This document shows, one piece after another, positions 14,490 to 25,804 of a stretch of DNA of 52,611 bases. The number at the start of each line of letters is the position of its first letter. The stretch's first letter is position 1. A program made the position numbers and the translations under genes. Source of the stretch: Conidiobolus incongruus B7586 (taxonomy: Eukaryota); NCBI GenBank assembly GCA_000697335.1, contig JNEM01007424.1, positions 1-52,611 of the forward strand, given 5' to 3'. The notes under the pieces were generated by a model that had not been told where the DNA came from, ran no database searches, and saw nothing but the letters and a program-made list of their open reading frames with translations.

Positions 14490-16062
14490 CACTAACCTGT
14501 AAAAGTAAGTCATAAAATCAAAAACACCTATATTTTTACTAATAACTTGATTAATATTTAATGAAATAAACCTAAATTAAATAATTAAAATCTATTATAT
14601 TTATTAGTTATATATATCATTAAATGATGATATTTAGTTATTAATTGGTTAAAATATAAACCCTTAAATTTTACCTAAGGTGAGTTATAAATTTGTGGGT
14701 TTTTGGTGATAAAAAAAAATTAAAACCTAGTGTATCTACCTTTAGCTTTTTTAACTTCTTTAAGTTTGTGGGGTATAGAATCAATTAACTTTTTACACTA
14801 AGAAAGGTTAATCTTGTTCTATGCTTCTTAAACATATTCTTAAAGTTAATCTAAATTTTTTACTGGGGGGAAAGCTTTAATAGCTTTTTTTAACTAATCC
14901 TAAAAGTGTTCAATTAGATTAAAGTTAAGAAATTGAAAAAGCTACTTTATAACTGTTATCTTGTTATTTTTAAGCTATTTGGTAGTAGAAGTTGTAGTAT
15001 AGCAAGAGGCATTATCTTGCTAGAAAATAATATTAGATTTATTTAACCTATATTATTTAATGGTTTTTTTCAATTCATTGTTTAGAATATTTTAATACAT
15101 CTCAGCATTAATTCCCCTATTAACTTTATAAAAATACCCTACACCTAAAGACAACATATATCCCCAAATAATAATTAACCTACCATTATACTTTTAGGTA
15201 AAATTAACATAATGGTCACAAAGTAATTCTACATCTTTTTTAAAATATCTAGTTTTTCTATCTAATCTACTAAAGTATATTTTTGTTTCATTAGACTAAA
15301 TAACCTTACTCTAATTAGTTTTAGTTTAACATTAGTAGTGACATTTAAACTCTTGTTTAGCTTTATAGTAGGATTTCTTTAGTTAGGGGTGTTTTTTCTT
15401 AAAGTGTAAGTGGTATCTATGCTAACATAAAGTATATATAATAGTATTAGTGCTAACTAATATTCTTGTATAGTTTTATAATTCCTGTTATATTTTTATA
15501 GCAGTACCACACTTACTTGTATTAACTAACCTATAGATATACTTCTCATCATATTCATCTATAATTTTAACACACTTAAGTTTAAGTTTAAATGTTTCTT
15601 TATTGCTATTCTTAACAACTCTAGTTATAGTAGACTAGCTAACACTAGTAATTCTAGCAATATCATGAGTTGATTTATCTTCTTTATAAAGTTAATTAAT
15701 ATACAAGTGGATTTTTTTAGAGAGGGATTTAAGTATAATGATACTAATAAAAAAAATTTAGTATATCTGTAAAATATTATATAAAATAATAGCAAAGAGA
15801 GAAAAAAGATATAGTTATATATTGTTAAATATATCCCTTTATCTCAAAAACCCACAAATTTATAACTCACCTTGGTTAAATATTAAAGGTTAATATTTTT
15901 GCTAATAGTTTACTAAATATATTTAAATATATTTATCTATTATTAAATAATATACCTTAATTATATATTATAGTTTCAAGTAATCTAATATATACAATTG
16001 TTTTAGTTATTAATTAAAATATATATATTTTTGATTTTATAACTTACTTTTGTAGGTTAGTG
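14490..16062 (-). mobile_element. Tc1-family (DD34E) transposon with ~220-bp TIRs, hypermutated
   Basis: Ends TA|CACTAACCT..AAAAGTAAGT and ACTTACTTTT..AGGTTAGTG|TA. Inner TIR block is a perfect 29-bp inverted match (14677-14705 vs 15845-15873). 1573 bp long and encloses a Tc1 transposase remnant. Confidence 0.92.
14720..15736 (-). pseudogene. Tc1 DD34E transposase pseudogene (339 codons, no frameshift, >20 TAA/TAG stops)
   Basis: Manual translation: *SKVI*SNETKI (=WSKVIWSDETKI), KYNGRLIIIWGYM (=KHGGGS..WGCM), F*QDNASCY (=FQQDNASCH), *LFQFLNFNLIEHF* (=WPSQSPDLNPIEHLW), AKGRYTRF* (=AKGGYT..). 34 residues lie between the second D and the E. Confidence 0.93.
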
Positions 16063-16561
16063 TATTTATAATTTTTAAATAAAATCTTAAAAAAATTAAA
16101 TTTCTAATATAATAAATTTTTGAATAAATTTTCTTTTTAAAGTTTTTATTATATAGACTAAATTAATTAAATCAATTATAACAATATAAATATTTAATAT
16201 ATATAGTTTTTTATAATATTATAATACAAATATAATTTGCAAAAGTATTTTTTTTATTAGATTACATTTAGTAAATTACTTAACAAAGAATATTTTGCAT
16301 GTTTTATTTGATTTATCACTTTTAATAATTAAGGTTTTTTTATCCAATAAATTAAAATATATCAGTTATTATGAAATATTAATATTATTATCAAATTATA
16401 GATTAGAATAATTAAAACACTTTTATGTATTTAATCTAACTAAATATATTATATTATTAATAATTTAAATTGACAAAACACTATTGATTTTATTATATTA
16501 TTGAAAAAATAAATAATTTATTTAATATTCATTTTATTGAATTATATTAATTAATATAATA

Positions 16562-17875
16562 TTACTTTGGATTTTTAATAATGGGAATTTTTTGTGATTG
16601 AAAATAAATAAATATTTTAATATATAATATATAAAAATAAATATATAATATAAATTTAATAGTTTCTTTTATTATTAATAACTTTTTGCTATATTGTTAA
16701 CAAAAATCTAACACCTAAAAAACAATTCTTTTTATTAAAGACTGAAATTTCATGTTTCACAAACTAATTAAATTTTCTTGTAGAAATTTTCTTTCTTGTA
16801 AGCTAATTTTTTAATTACCCAAAACAATTATAATCACATAGGTTATAATCTAAGGAATATACTAGATATGGTAGTTTTTTCTAGTTATTTTTAATTAGAA
16901 AGTTTTTTATAGCTTTAGATTTATGAATTTTACAATTATTATGTAAAATAATAAGTTTTCTCAAATTATATTAAAAACACTAATTAAAAACACTTTTATT
17001 TAAAAAAACAATATAAAGTTGATTATTAATTGATTTTCCTTCAGGAACTAAATTAAAATAGCATATACTATTATAATCTATTATAATAATTAACATTCAC
17101 TTATTAACAAAATACTTATTTAAAGAGATTTGTAGAGAGGGTTAATTTAGCTTAATCTAGCAATTTGATTTGTGTTTTAATAAAGGATTATACATAAAGA
17201 TTTAAGATTCATCAATTATAATTATTTAATATAAAAGTTTAGGCTTCTAGTAATATTTTAGTAAGTTTTGTTTAGCAATAACTACTCTAGCTTTTTTCTA
17301 AGCTTTAGTTAAATTATAAGGTACCTATTTTATATTTTTATTTATTTATTTGAGTTTAAACTTTAATATATATAAAATACTTGTAAAACTAATATTAAAG
17401 TGCTTAGATAATTCTTTAACTGAAATAAAAAGGTGATTTTCAATATATTTTTTCACTTTATTAACAATTAAAAGAGTAACAGTTAAAGTTAGTTTTTTAG
17501 ATTTTAATAGGTTTTAGATAGTTTTTCTCCTAGCTTTAAAGTAATTTACCTAGTGATAAATTGTTGATTTAGATAATACTTTATTATTAAAAGCTGCTTG
17601 TAAATTTTAAATAATTTTAAAGAGCTTATAGTTAAGTTTTATTAATACTAAAATAAAAAACTTTTGATGATCACTATTTAATTTAAGCATAATTAAATTT
17701 AACAGCCAATTTTAAAAAGTTAATTTTTTAATCAAAAAAATTATTATATATATATATATATATTAAAAATATATAATTTCCTATTAACTTTGTATATATT
17801 TATTTATTTCAAACTAATAATATATTTGAAAAATCAGAAATTAAAAAATTTCCCATTTTTTCAAATTTAAGGTAA
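16562..17875 (-). mobile_element. mariner (DD34D) transposon copy B, inverted relative to copy A, hypermutated
   Basis: About 1.31 kb with imperfect TIRs TTACTTTGGATTTTTAATAATGGGAATTTTT / AAAAATTTCCCATTTTTTCAAATTTAAGGTAA and TA on both sides. Confidence 0.9.
16656..17690 (-). pseudogene. mariner DD34D transposase pseudogene (345 codons, in frame, many stops)
   Basis: ATG at 17690. Motifs LSKSTIYH*V (=LSKSTIYRWV), K*VPYNLT (=WVPH.L), IIIDES*IFMYNP (=.T.DE.W..YDP), IILHNNCKIH (=LHDN...H), *KKLPYLVYSLDYNLCDY (=W..LPHP.YSPD..P.DY), *QKVINNKRNY*. D-34-D spacing. Confidence 0.93.
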
Positions 17876-18819
17876 TATTAATTCATTATTATTTTTCATT
17901 AACTTCCAATTTTAAAGATTTTATTATATTTTTTAAGATTACTAAAATATTATAATATTTCAGATATTAAGTATTTTTAATTTAAATAGTTTATAACCTA
18001 ATATAATCATAAAGAATATTGAATTAATATTATGAATAACTTATAATTAATCAACATAATATAATATATTGATATTTGATTATATTCTTTTAAAAATTAA
18101 TATTATAAATATAAAATATACCTAATAACTTGTTTTTATATTATTGTCACTAATGCAATAAATAAAAGATTATTTTATCTAATCAATTCTATAATTTTAT
18201 TTTACATGAAAGTTTGACTTTAATTTATCATATTTAAATGAAAATAATATAAATAGATATTAATATTTTATTAATAATATATTTATTTGAAATATATTTT
18301 AATTAATTATAATTTTATCCTTTTAATTCATTTTAAGAATAATAATATAATAAAAATATTGAGATTTATCATTTATAATATCTATTTTATATTTTGGATT
18401 ATTTTTATAAATAATAAATAATAAATAATAAATAATAAATAATATTTAAATTCTTTTAATATAGCTCATTTTACACTAATACTGGTATTGAATTTATTCA
18501 TAATATTGAATATAAATAAAATTCATTAGGAATAATTGAAATGCTTATTATATATGTATATATTAAATTAATGGAGCCTAATAAACATTATAAAATAACA
18601 TTTCATTTTAATTAATACTGATTTGATCATGATGATTATATATTTAATATATTATTTAAGTACAACCTAACTAATTTTCTGAATATTGATTTAATATCAA
18701 TAAATTTCAAATATGTTAAAATTTTAGTGTATTAAATATTTATTTTTAATTTTGAAATTAGTAAATTTGTTTATTTGAATGTACAACAGATTAATAAAGT
18801 ATATAACATATATTTCAAA

Positions 18820-21800
18820 TTATTGAGATCTGTCAAGAATTTGTTGGCTGGCCATTTCTGCATAAAGGCCATTCAACTTCAAGAGTTCTTGATGTGTACC
18901 ACTCTCAAGTACCTGACCATCTTGGATGACATAGATTCTATCAGCATGTTGAATGGTTGAAAGACGATGTGCAATAGAGATTGTAGTTCTTCCCTTAGAA
19001 GCTTGATCCAAAGCTTTTTGAACGACCATTTCACTTTCAGCGTCGAGTGCAGAGCTAGCTTCGTCCAACAATAGAATCTTAGGATTACGCACCAAAGCCC
19101 TGGCAATTGCAATACGCTGCTTTTGACCTCCTGATAATTCCGATCCTTTATTACCGACATTGGTATCGTAACCATTTGGTAAAGTCATGATAAAGTCGTG
19201 AATGTTTGCATCTTTAGCAGCTTGTTCGATCTGTTCTTGAGTTGGAGGAGGACCAAAAGTCCTAGCACCAAAAGCAATATTTTCTCTGATTGTCACATTG
19301 AATAGAGAGGGCTCTTGACCAACCAGCGAAATATAATCTCTCAATGATGGAAGATTATAATCTCTAACATCGACCCCATCAATTTTAATTGCACCAGCAC
19401 TTACATCGTAAAATCGCTCAATCAAACCAATTGTAGTACTTTTACCGCATCCACTAGGTCCAACCAAAGCAACGTATTCCCCAGGCTTGATTTCAATATT
19501 GAGACCTTTGAGAATTTTAGCATTGGAACGAGTAGGGTAATGGAAATGAACATTTCCAAATGAAATATATCCTTCCAATCCTTTGGTTTCATCGACCTTT
19601 TTACCCGTTGCGTCAGCGGACTGATTGATCAATGGAACTCTTTGAACACTATTGAAAAGAGCATTCGCAGATCTCTTTGCTTTATTCATATCTGGAGTAA
19701 ATACGAATACGCGAGATGCTGTACTTGCACCAACGATCAAAGCCATAAAAATTGTGAATAATTGTTTCATAGTATATTCTCCAGTACTGACAAGATTGCC
19801 ACCATACCAGAAGGCTAGAGCATTCACTAAAAAGTTGACAGATTGTGCAGCGGAAAAGGATATGGTTGCAAAGATCGCGTTCTTGTAACCAGTGTGAAGT
19901 GAAGTTAAAAGCTGAGTTGCATATGCGTCAACCACTTGCTGCTCCTTGGTAAGGGAAGCTATTGTTCTCATTGCACCTGTTGCTTCACATGCCATTTCAG
20001 ATGCCTTCGCATAATGGTCTCTATTTTTATTATTGTTAGCAGATATAGTTTTGATATTAATGTAACCAGAGGTCAATAAAATTGGTAAACATGCGATGAC
20101 TACCAAAGCTAATTTCCATCCATAAATCAGACCAACAATACAACTGAGAACCAAATTGATAACAGTTTGGAGGATATTGCCAAGGGTGAGGCCACTTAAT
20201 CCTTGAATATCTTGCGGTTCTTTAGAAAGTCTCGAAGTCAAAGCTCCAGTCGTATTCTCTTCCCTGTCGAACCATCCGATTTCCTGCTTGAACATAGCTT
20301 CCAATAGAGTATATCTTAGTTTGGTGCTTAAAGTTTCGGCAGCAATGGAAAATCCTGAAGATTGCAACAGATTAGCAATGCCAATTACAACAGCAATTAC
20401 TAAGAACATAGAAGCCCAAAAATTAATTCCTTGTGTTAGTTTAGATCCGGTAGCATTGAATGCTTCCAGCACACTAGAAAAGATAATGGCGAAAATGGGC
20501 ATCACAAAACCTTGAACAACAGCTCCAATAGTACCAATAGTCAATTCTTTCCATTCCGTTTTGTTCAATATAGCGACTTTACCAATCAATTGTAATGTAG
20601 TGAATTCGTTAGCTTTCGGTTGGATACACTCTTCGTCGCTCTTGAAACTACCCCCAGAGTCGAGCGTTGCCTTTTCGTTAATGGATTTCTTGGTTGGGAT
20701 TTTCACTATTTTCATTTTACCATCGTCGCCTTCCAATAAAGTTTCTCTCATTTCGATCACATCTTGCGATCCAGAAGCTGGGATATCAAATTCAGGTTCC
20801 AATTGCTTGAACTGACTTTCTGCTTGCTTAATGTTCTGAATTTCGACTAATTTACGATATACACCATCCTCAATCTGAATCAATTCTTGATGTGTGCCAC
20901 TTTCGACGATTTGACCTCGATCCATAACTACTATTTTATCAGCATTTTTAATGGTTGCTAGACGATGGGCAATTACAAGTGTAGTTCTTCCTTTACTTGC
21001 CTTGTCCAAAGCATCTTGTACAATATGCTCAGACTTGGAATCTAAAGCACTGGTGGCTTCATCAAGTAGAAGGATTTTGGGATCCTTGACAATAGCTCTT
21101 GCAATAGCAATACGTTGCTTTTGGCCACCTGATAGCAGGAAACCTCTTTGACCGACTTCAGTCTCGTAACCTTTAGGAAGAGCAGTGATGAAATCATGAG
21201 CATTAGAAAGTTTACAAGCTGACTCAATAGCTGCTCTCTGATCTTCAACTGGCGCATTTTCCAAATGGGTTCCAATTAATCCGGCAGCCACATTGGAATG
21301 AATAGTTCCAGAGAATAGCACAGGCTCCTGCGAGACTAGACCAATCTGTCTACGCAACCACTGAATATTTAGCAACTTGGTATTGTTACCATCAAGGGTA
21401 ATTTCTCCGGACACGGGATCATAAAATCGTTCGATGAGTTGGACGGAGGTAGATTTACCCGACCCACTCAATCCTACTAATGCTACTGTGGTACCTGCAT
21501 CAACTGTGAGATTAAAATCGTCGTAAATGGGAACATCAGGACGGGATGGATAATGAAACTTGACATGATTGAATTTGATAGTTCCTTCAACTTTTTCCGG
21601 CTTTAATCCTTCTTCCGAGAAGGCGTCAATTGTAGGAACACGATCAATCGCTTCGAACAATTTGGTTGCGGCACCTCTCGCCAAGACGATAGCTTGAAGA
21701 TTTGGAGCGATATGGGATAATGAGAATGAGCCAATAATGACCGCGAAAAACACGTTAACAACGTCACCAGAAGTGATTGAACCCTGGGAGATCAGTTGAC

Positions 21801-22677
21801 CGCCATAGTAGAAAGCGAGAGAGTAACCACAATAAATGATCATAAAAATTACACCTAATGAAATACCGAGACCAAAGCTCTTTTTAATGCCAATTTTTTG
21901 AGCCTTGTCAATGATTACTTTGTACTTTTTCAAGATTTGATCCTTTTGGTTGAATGCAGCTACTGTTCTAATACTAGACAAACTCTCTTCCGCAAGGTTG
22001 GCAGCTTTACCATACTCGGTGATAGATTTTGTGGTGTACTTAGCAGTAATCAAATTAATACCAAACCCAATGATCACGATACAGGGCACAATACACAGAA
22101 TGACGAGGGTGAGTTTCCAGTTTTTAATAAAAGCAATAATGAAGCCTGAGATAAAGGTAGCAACATCATGTATGGACATACCCACTTTTTCGGAAATACC
22201 ATCCTGAACCAAATCACAACTAGTAGTAATATTAGTAGCAACTTTACCTGGACCATACTCGTCTGACCAAGCAATTTCCTGCTTCAAAACACCGATTAAA
22301 TACTTGTGACGGATAATATACGTCAGCTTCTCACCGATTGCTTTATAAATCGCGATATAAATATACGTAGTCAAAAATACACCGATAGACAAGTATACAA
22401 AATACAAGGACGATTGGTTGATTTCGGTACGCAGTACTTTTGCGGAGATCTTGTTCATGGAGAACATTTGTAGTGATGTCACTACATTGCCCATCAAAAC
22501 AGCCATCAGCGGGAGAGCTGCACCGGACGCAGCTGCCAATATGGAAGCTAGCAAAAGTCCGAAATAATCCCATATCGTCGCATATCTATACAATTTTAGA
22601 AACGAAACTGGAGGAGCTTCCAGCTCCTCCTTGCTGTCTTTGTCGTCGTTGTTAATTTGCTTCTTCCTCTTAAACAT
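18820..22677 (-). CDS. ABCB/MDR (P-glycoprotein-like) full-size ABC transporter, intronless, paralog 1
   Basis: 1285-aa ORF, TMD-NBD-TMD-NBD. Walker A GLSGSGKST and GPSGCGKST, signature LSGGQKQRIAIARA twice, Walker B ILLLDEA twice, IAHRL H-loops. Confidence 0.96.
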   Translation of the reverse strand: MFKRKKQINNDDKDSKEELEAPPVSFLKLYRYATIWDYFGLLLASILAAASGAALPLMAVLMGNVVTSLQMFSMNKISAKVLRTEINQSSLYFVYLSIGVFLTTYIYIAIYKAIGEKLTYIIRHKYLIGVLKQEIAWSDEYGPGKVATNITTSCDLVQDGISEKVGMSIHDVATFISGFIIAFIKNWKLTLVILCIVPCIVIIGFGINLITAKYTTKSITEYGKAANLAEESLSSIRTVAAFNQKDQILKKYKVIIDKAQKIGIKKSFGLGISLGVIFMIIYCGYSLAFYYGGQLISQGSITSGDVVNVFFAVIIGSFSLSHIAPNLQAIVLARGAATKLFEAIDRVPTIDAFSEEGLKPEKVEGTIKFNHVKFHYPSRPDVPIYDDFNLTVDAGTTVALVGLSGSGKSTSVQLIERFYDPVSGEITLDGNNTKLLNIQWLRRQIGLVSQEPVLFSGTIHSNVAAGLIGTHLENAPVEDQRAAIESACKLSNAHDFITALPKGYETEVGQRGFLLSGGQKQRIAIARAIVKDPKILLLDEATSALDSKSEHIVQDALDKASKGRTTLVIAHRLATIKNADKIVVMDRGQIVESGTHQELIQIEDGVYRKLVEIQNIKQAESQFKQLEPEFDIPASGSQDVIEMRETLLEGDDGKMKIVKIPTKKSINEKATLDSGGSFKSDEECIQPKANEFTTLQLIGKVAILNKTEWKELTIGTIGAVVQGFVMPIFAIIFSSVLEAFNATGSKLTQGINFWASMFLVIAVVIGIANLLQSSGFSIAAETLSTKLRYTLLEAMFKQEIGWFDREENTTGALTSRLSKEPQDIQGLSGLTLGNILQTVINLVLSCIVGLIYGWKLALVVIACLPILLTSGYINIKTISANNNKNRDHYAKASEMACEATGAMRTIASLTKEQQVVDAYATQLLTSLHTGYKNAIFATISFSAAQSVNFLVNALAFWYGGNLVSTGEYTMKQLFTIFMALIVGASTASRVFVFTPDMNKAKRSANALFNSVQRVPLINQSADATGKKVDETKGLEGYISFGNVHFHYPTRSNAKILKGLNIEIKPGEYVALVGPSGCGKSTTIGLIERFYDVSAGAIKIDGVDVRDYNLPSLRDYISLVGQEPSLFNVTIRENIAFGARTFGPPPTQEQIEQAAKDANIHDFIMTLPNGYDTNVGNKGSELSGGQKQRIAIARALVRNPKILLLDEASSALDAESEMVVQKALDQASKGRTTISIAHRLSTIQHADRIYVIQDGQVLESGTHQELLKLNGLYAEMASQQILDRSQ

Positions 22678-24276
22678 CCTTCTTGAATATATTAATTAAT
22701 TGACAATTTTCAAATTTCAATAACAAATAATAATAATAATAATAAATAGAAGTTAAATTCTGGTATTATGTTGGCAATATGCTTAATTTATACCCTAATA
22801 GCATTCCAGGGATAATCGGGGTTAAAATTGAGGATTTGAAATGACATTTACAATTCCAAAGTTGGTCTCAGGTTCACCAATTCGAGCATAGATACATAAA
22901 TATTATTATTTAATTGGAATCATTATAGACTTAAAAGTCAATTTTTGATCCCTTGATTACATATTCGGATCGTGTACTCTTTCTTATGTAGTTATTAGTT
23001 ATTCGGAACTATTATTGTGATATATTAAAAGTTGATATAATTATTATAGTTTATAATTGGTCTAAATTTTATTAGTTTATCAATTTAACAAAATTAAAAT
23101 TTTTTTCTTAAAATATGAAAATTAATTTATTGATTCAAGAGTTTCCCTGAAACCAGCATTCAATTTAACTATAGATCCGAAAAAATTATTGATGTAATAT
23201 TACCCGGCAACTGAAATATATAATAGAGTTATTTGTATTATTTTTTTATATTAACATATATATTGTTTATTTTGTTTTATATTTGAACTTTATAACAATA
23301 ATGAACTATTCATCTATTATGCATTAATAATTAAGATGATAAATTGATAAATCAATTTGAAGTTACATATTTTAATCATTAATTTATTAATTTATCAATT
23401 TAAATTTCTAAATAATAAAAATTCAAATTTAGAATTATAAGAAAAAATATATTCTGATATATATTAAACTATATTTGAGATCAATTTTAATATTCATTGA
23501 TTTAAAGAGACTCTATTTTAAGTTGAATTTTTGAATAAAAAAATATAAATAATTGTTGAAATAAATATTAAAATATTAAAAACATTAATTATGTTAATTA
23601 TAATAATTATAATATCATTCAATAATCAATTACACAGATGAAATGTATTCTTTGCAGCTTTTAACTTATATTCTAATAAATATAAATACTTTAATACCCT
23701 CAAATATTTAGAAGTTAACTTTACCTAAAATAGTATTGCATCCGATTTAAGGAATAAATTTTTGGATTCAATTCAATTTTGCATCAAGTATAAATATTTC
23801 ATGATGTTGTTGTCAGGTTTTAAATTCATAAATAAAACCAGTTGCCAAGTTCCTAATGATCTTGATTGACTAAATTGTGATCAAGGTGTTTTTGATAATG
23901 GTAATTCAATAGTTTATATTAAAAGCTTAAAAATTGATATATGATATCAATCTTGGGTTGAAGTTTCTTTTATCTTCACTTCACAATTGCAAAATTTTAA
24001 TTAATCACTCATTATATTAATATTTAATATATAATTTTTATATAAAATTCTCAAAATTAACTTGATTTCACACATAATTAATTAAATCATTTTCAATTAT
24101 TGGTTAAATAACTTAGTGAATTAGTAAGTTATAATTTTAAATTAATTAACTAAAATAATTTATTAATATTTCAATACCTCACCTTAATTATAACATCAGT
24201 CATATTTATATATCTTCTCATAATAACATAGTTATTTCCTTTCTATTGATAATTTATAGTTAATTTGAATGTTTAG

Positions 24277-25478
24277 CAAAATAATAATTATATTAAATCT
24301 TTTACTGAGCTAAATTTGAATCAACAAATGTAAATAGGACTTTTAGAATATTGGTAAATTTCAAAATATTTAAATAAAATTTTGTAGAATTAAATGAAAA
24401 TAGTTTTGAAGCACCTACAACTATACAACAAAGTTTAATCCCAAGTATTCTATCGAGTAGGAACTGTAAGTTTCAAATTCCTAGTGGTATTGATAAGACA
24501 ATACCTTATATTGTATCAGTATTACATAATGTAGATACGAATCTTCCACATACACAAGCTCTGATTTTAAAACCTACTAGAGAATTGCCCAGAAATTGCA
24601 AATTGATATTAAATGAAATGGGGAAGTATCTGAACGCGACTAGTCGCACAATTCTCAGTTCCAACAAGAGGGAAGTTATTGAAGTAATCCATGGTGGAAT
24701 TAATGTGGTATTAAGTACTCCTGGCCTAATATTAGATCTCATTCGTACGAAAATTCTGCAAGATAGAGATTTGAAATTAATTCTTATTGACCAGATTGAA
24801 GATGCTACATCATGGCAGTTATTAGATTATAATAATGAAAGTTTGAAACTTTTAGCAACTACTACACAAATTATCATTCAATCACCAATTGATATAGCTC
24901 ATAATTTGAATAGTACGATATCATTTTTGAAAGATCCTATCAATGTAAGATTCAATGAAAATCCAACCATTTTCAAAAACACCATCCATTATTACATTTA
25001 TCCAGACATTCAGGATAAGCCCTCAATCTTGTGAGAAATTTATCATGCTTTGCCGAACTGTCCATTTCAAATTTTTACTAATACTTCTGAAGAGTTAAAC
25101 ACTATAATCAATTATTTAAACAATATGAAATATTCAATCCTATCAACCTATTACCTATCGCGTTTAACAGAATATGATGATAATGTCAAGGAGTACCTAT
25201 TACATTCTAATCATTTATTGGTAACAAAAGTTTTATCCATACAATTGATACAATTTCGAAAGATTCTACTAATCGTTAATTATAACTTACCTTCCCCTCA
25301 TAATGAATATGCTTTGAGAACGAATCAAATCCAATTTGATTCAAGCAACAGATTAATTGTGATTAATTTAGTAGCATCTGAAGATGTAGATACTTTAAAG
25401 CATATTGAACAATATTATAATATAAATGTGGAGGATTTACCACTAGATTTTGTGAATAATCTAACATCAATAATATAA
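24277..25478 (+). pseudogene. Highly degenerate eIF4A-like DEAD-box helicase, probably a pseudogene
   Basis: SFTELNL, FEAPTTIQQ (Q motif), SGIDKT (broken Walker A), QALILKPTREL, STPGL, DQIE in place of DEAD, and an eIF4A-like C-terminus (LIVNYNLP...Y..R...LKHIEQYYNINVEDLP). In-frame stops near 24331 (TAA) and at 25032 (TGA). Track ORFs 24585 and 25050 are in the same frame. Confidence 0.75.
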
Positions 25479-25804
25479 TACCAATCAACTGTTTTTTTAT
25501 CACATATTAATTTATATAGTTTGAATTAATAACCTAATTATTAAATAATCAAAAAAAATTAATAAATACCAAATTTTTAAAATAAAATTTTTAATTAATT
25601 AATAAAAATAAATTATATATATATATATATATATTGAATTTTATAAATTTTATTATATAATATTTATAAAATGAAAAACAAATATCAAAATATAGTTTTT
25701 TTTTCTAATTAAATAAATTGTAAGAATTAATTAATATTATTAATGATAATATAATATTCAATATTTAAGTTTAATTTAATTACAAAATATTTCTTAATAA
25801 TAAT

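Noticed and set aside
14720..17690. Alternative genetic code (TAA/TAG read as Gln) making the transposases functional
   Set aside because: TAG/TAA also occur at conserved Trp positions, catalytic Asp codons are mutated to Asn, and host genes are stop-free and end in TAA. Mutation explains the pattern; recoding does not.
13196..17875. A single giant transposon with 1.5-kb TIRs
   Set aside because: Each arm has its own TIR pair, TA flanks and transposase, and a third free copy exists at 51968, so these are separate elements.
13060..18000. Extension of the inverted repeat beyond the outer mariner ends (about 13060-13140 vs 17930-18000)
   Set aside because: Only short matches (ATAAACTAT, ATACTT, TAATCT) in extremely AT-rich DNA; I cannot distinguish them from chance by eye.
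25032..25034. In-frame TGA at a Cys-equivalent position (L*EIY vs LCDLY) as selenocysteine or readthrough
   Set aside because: The gene has a second in-frame TAA and dead motifs, and I recognise no SECIS. A nonsense mutation is simpler.
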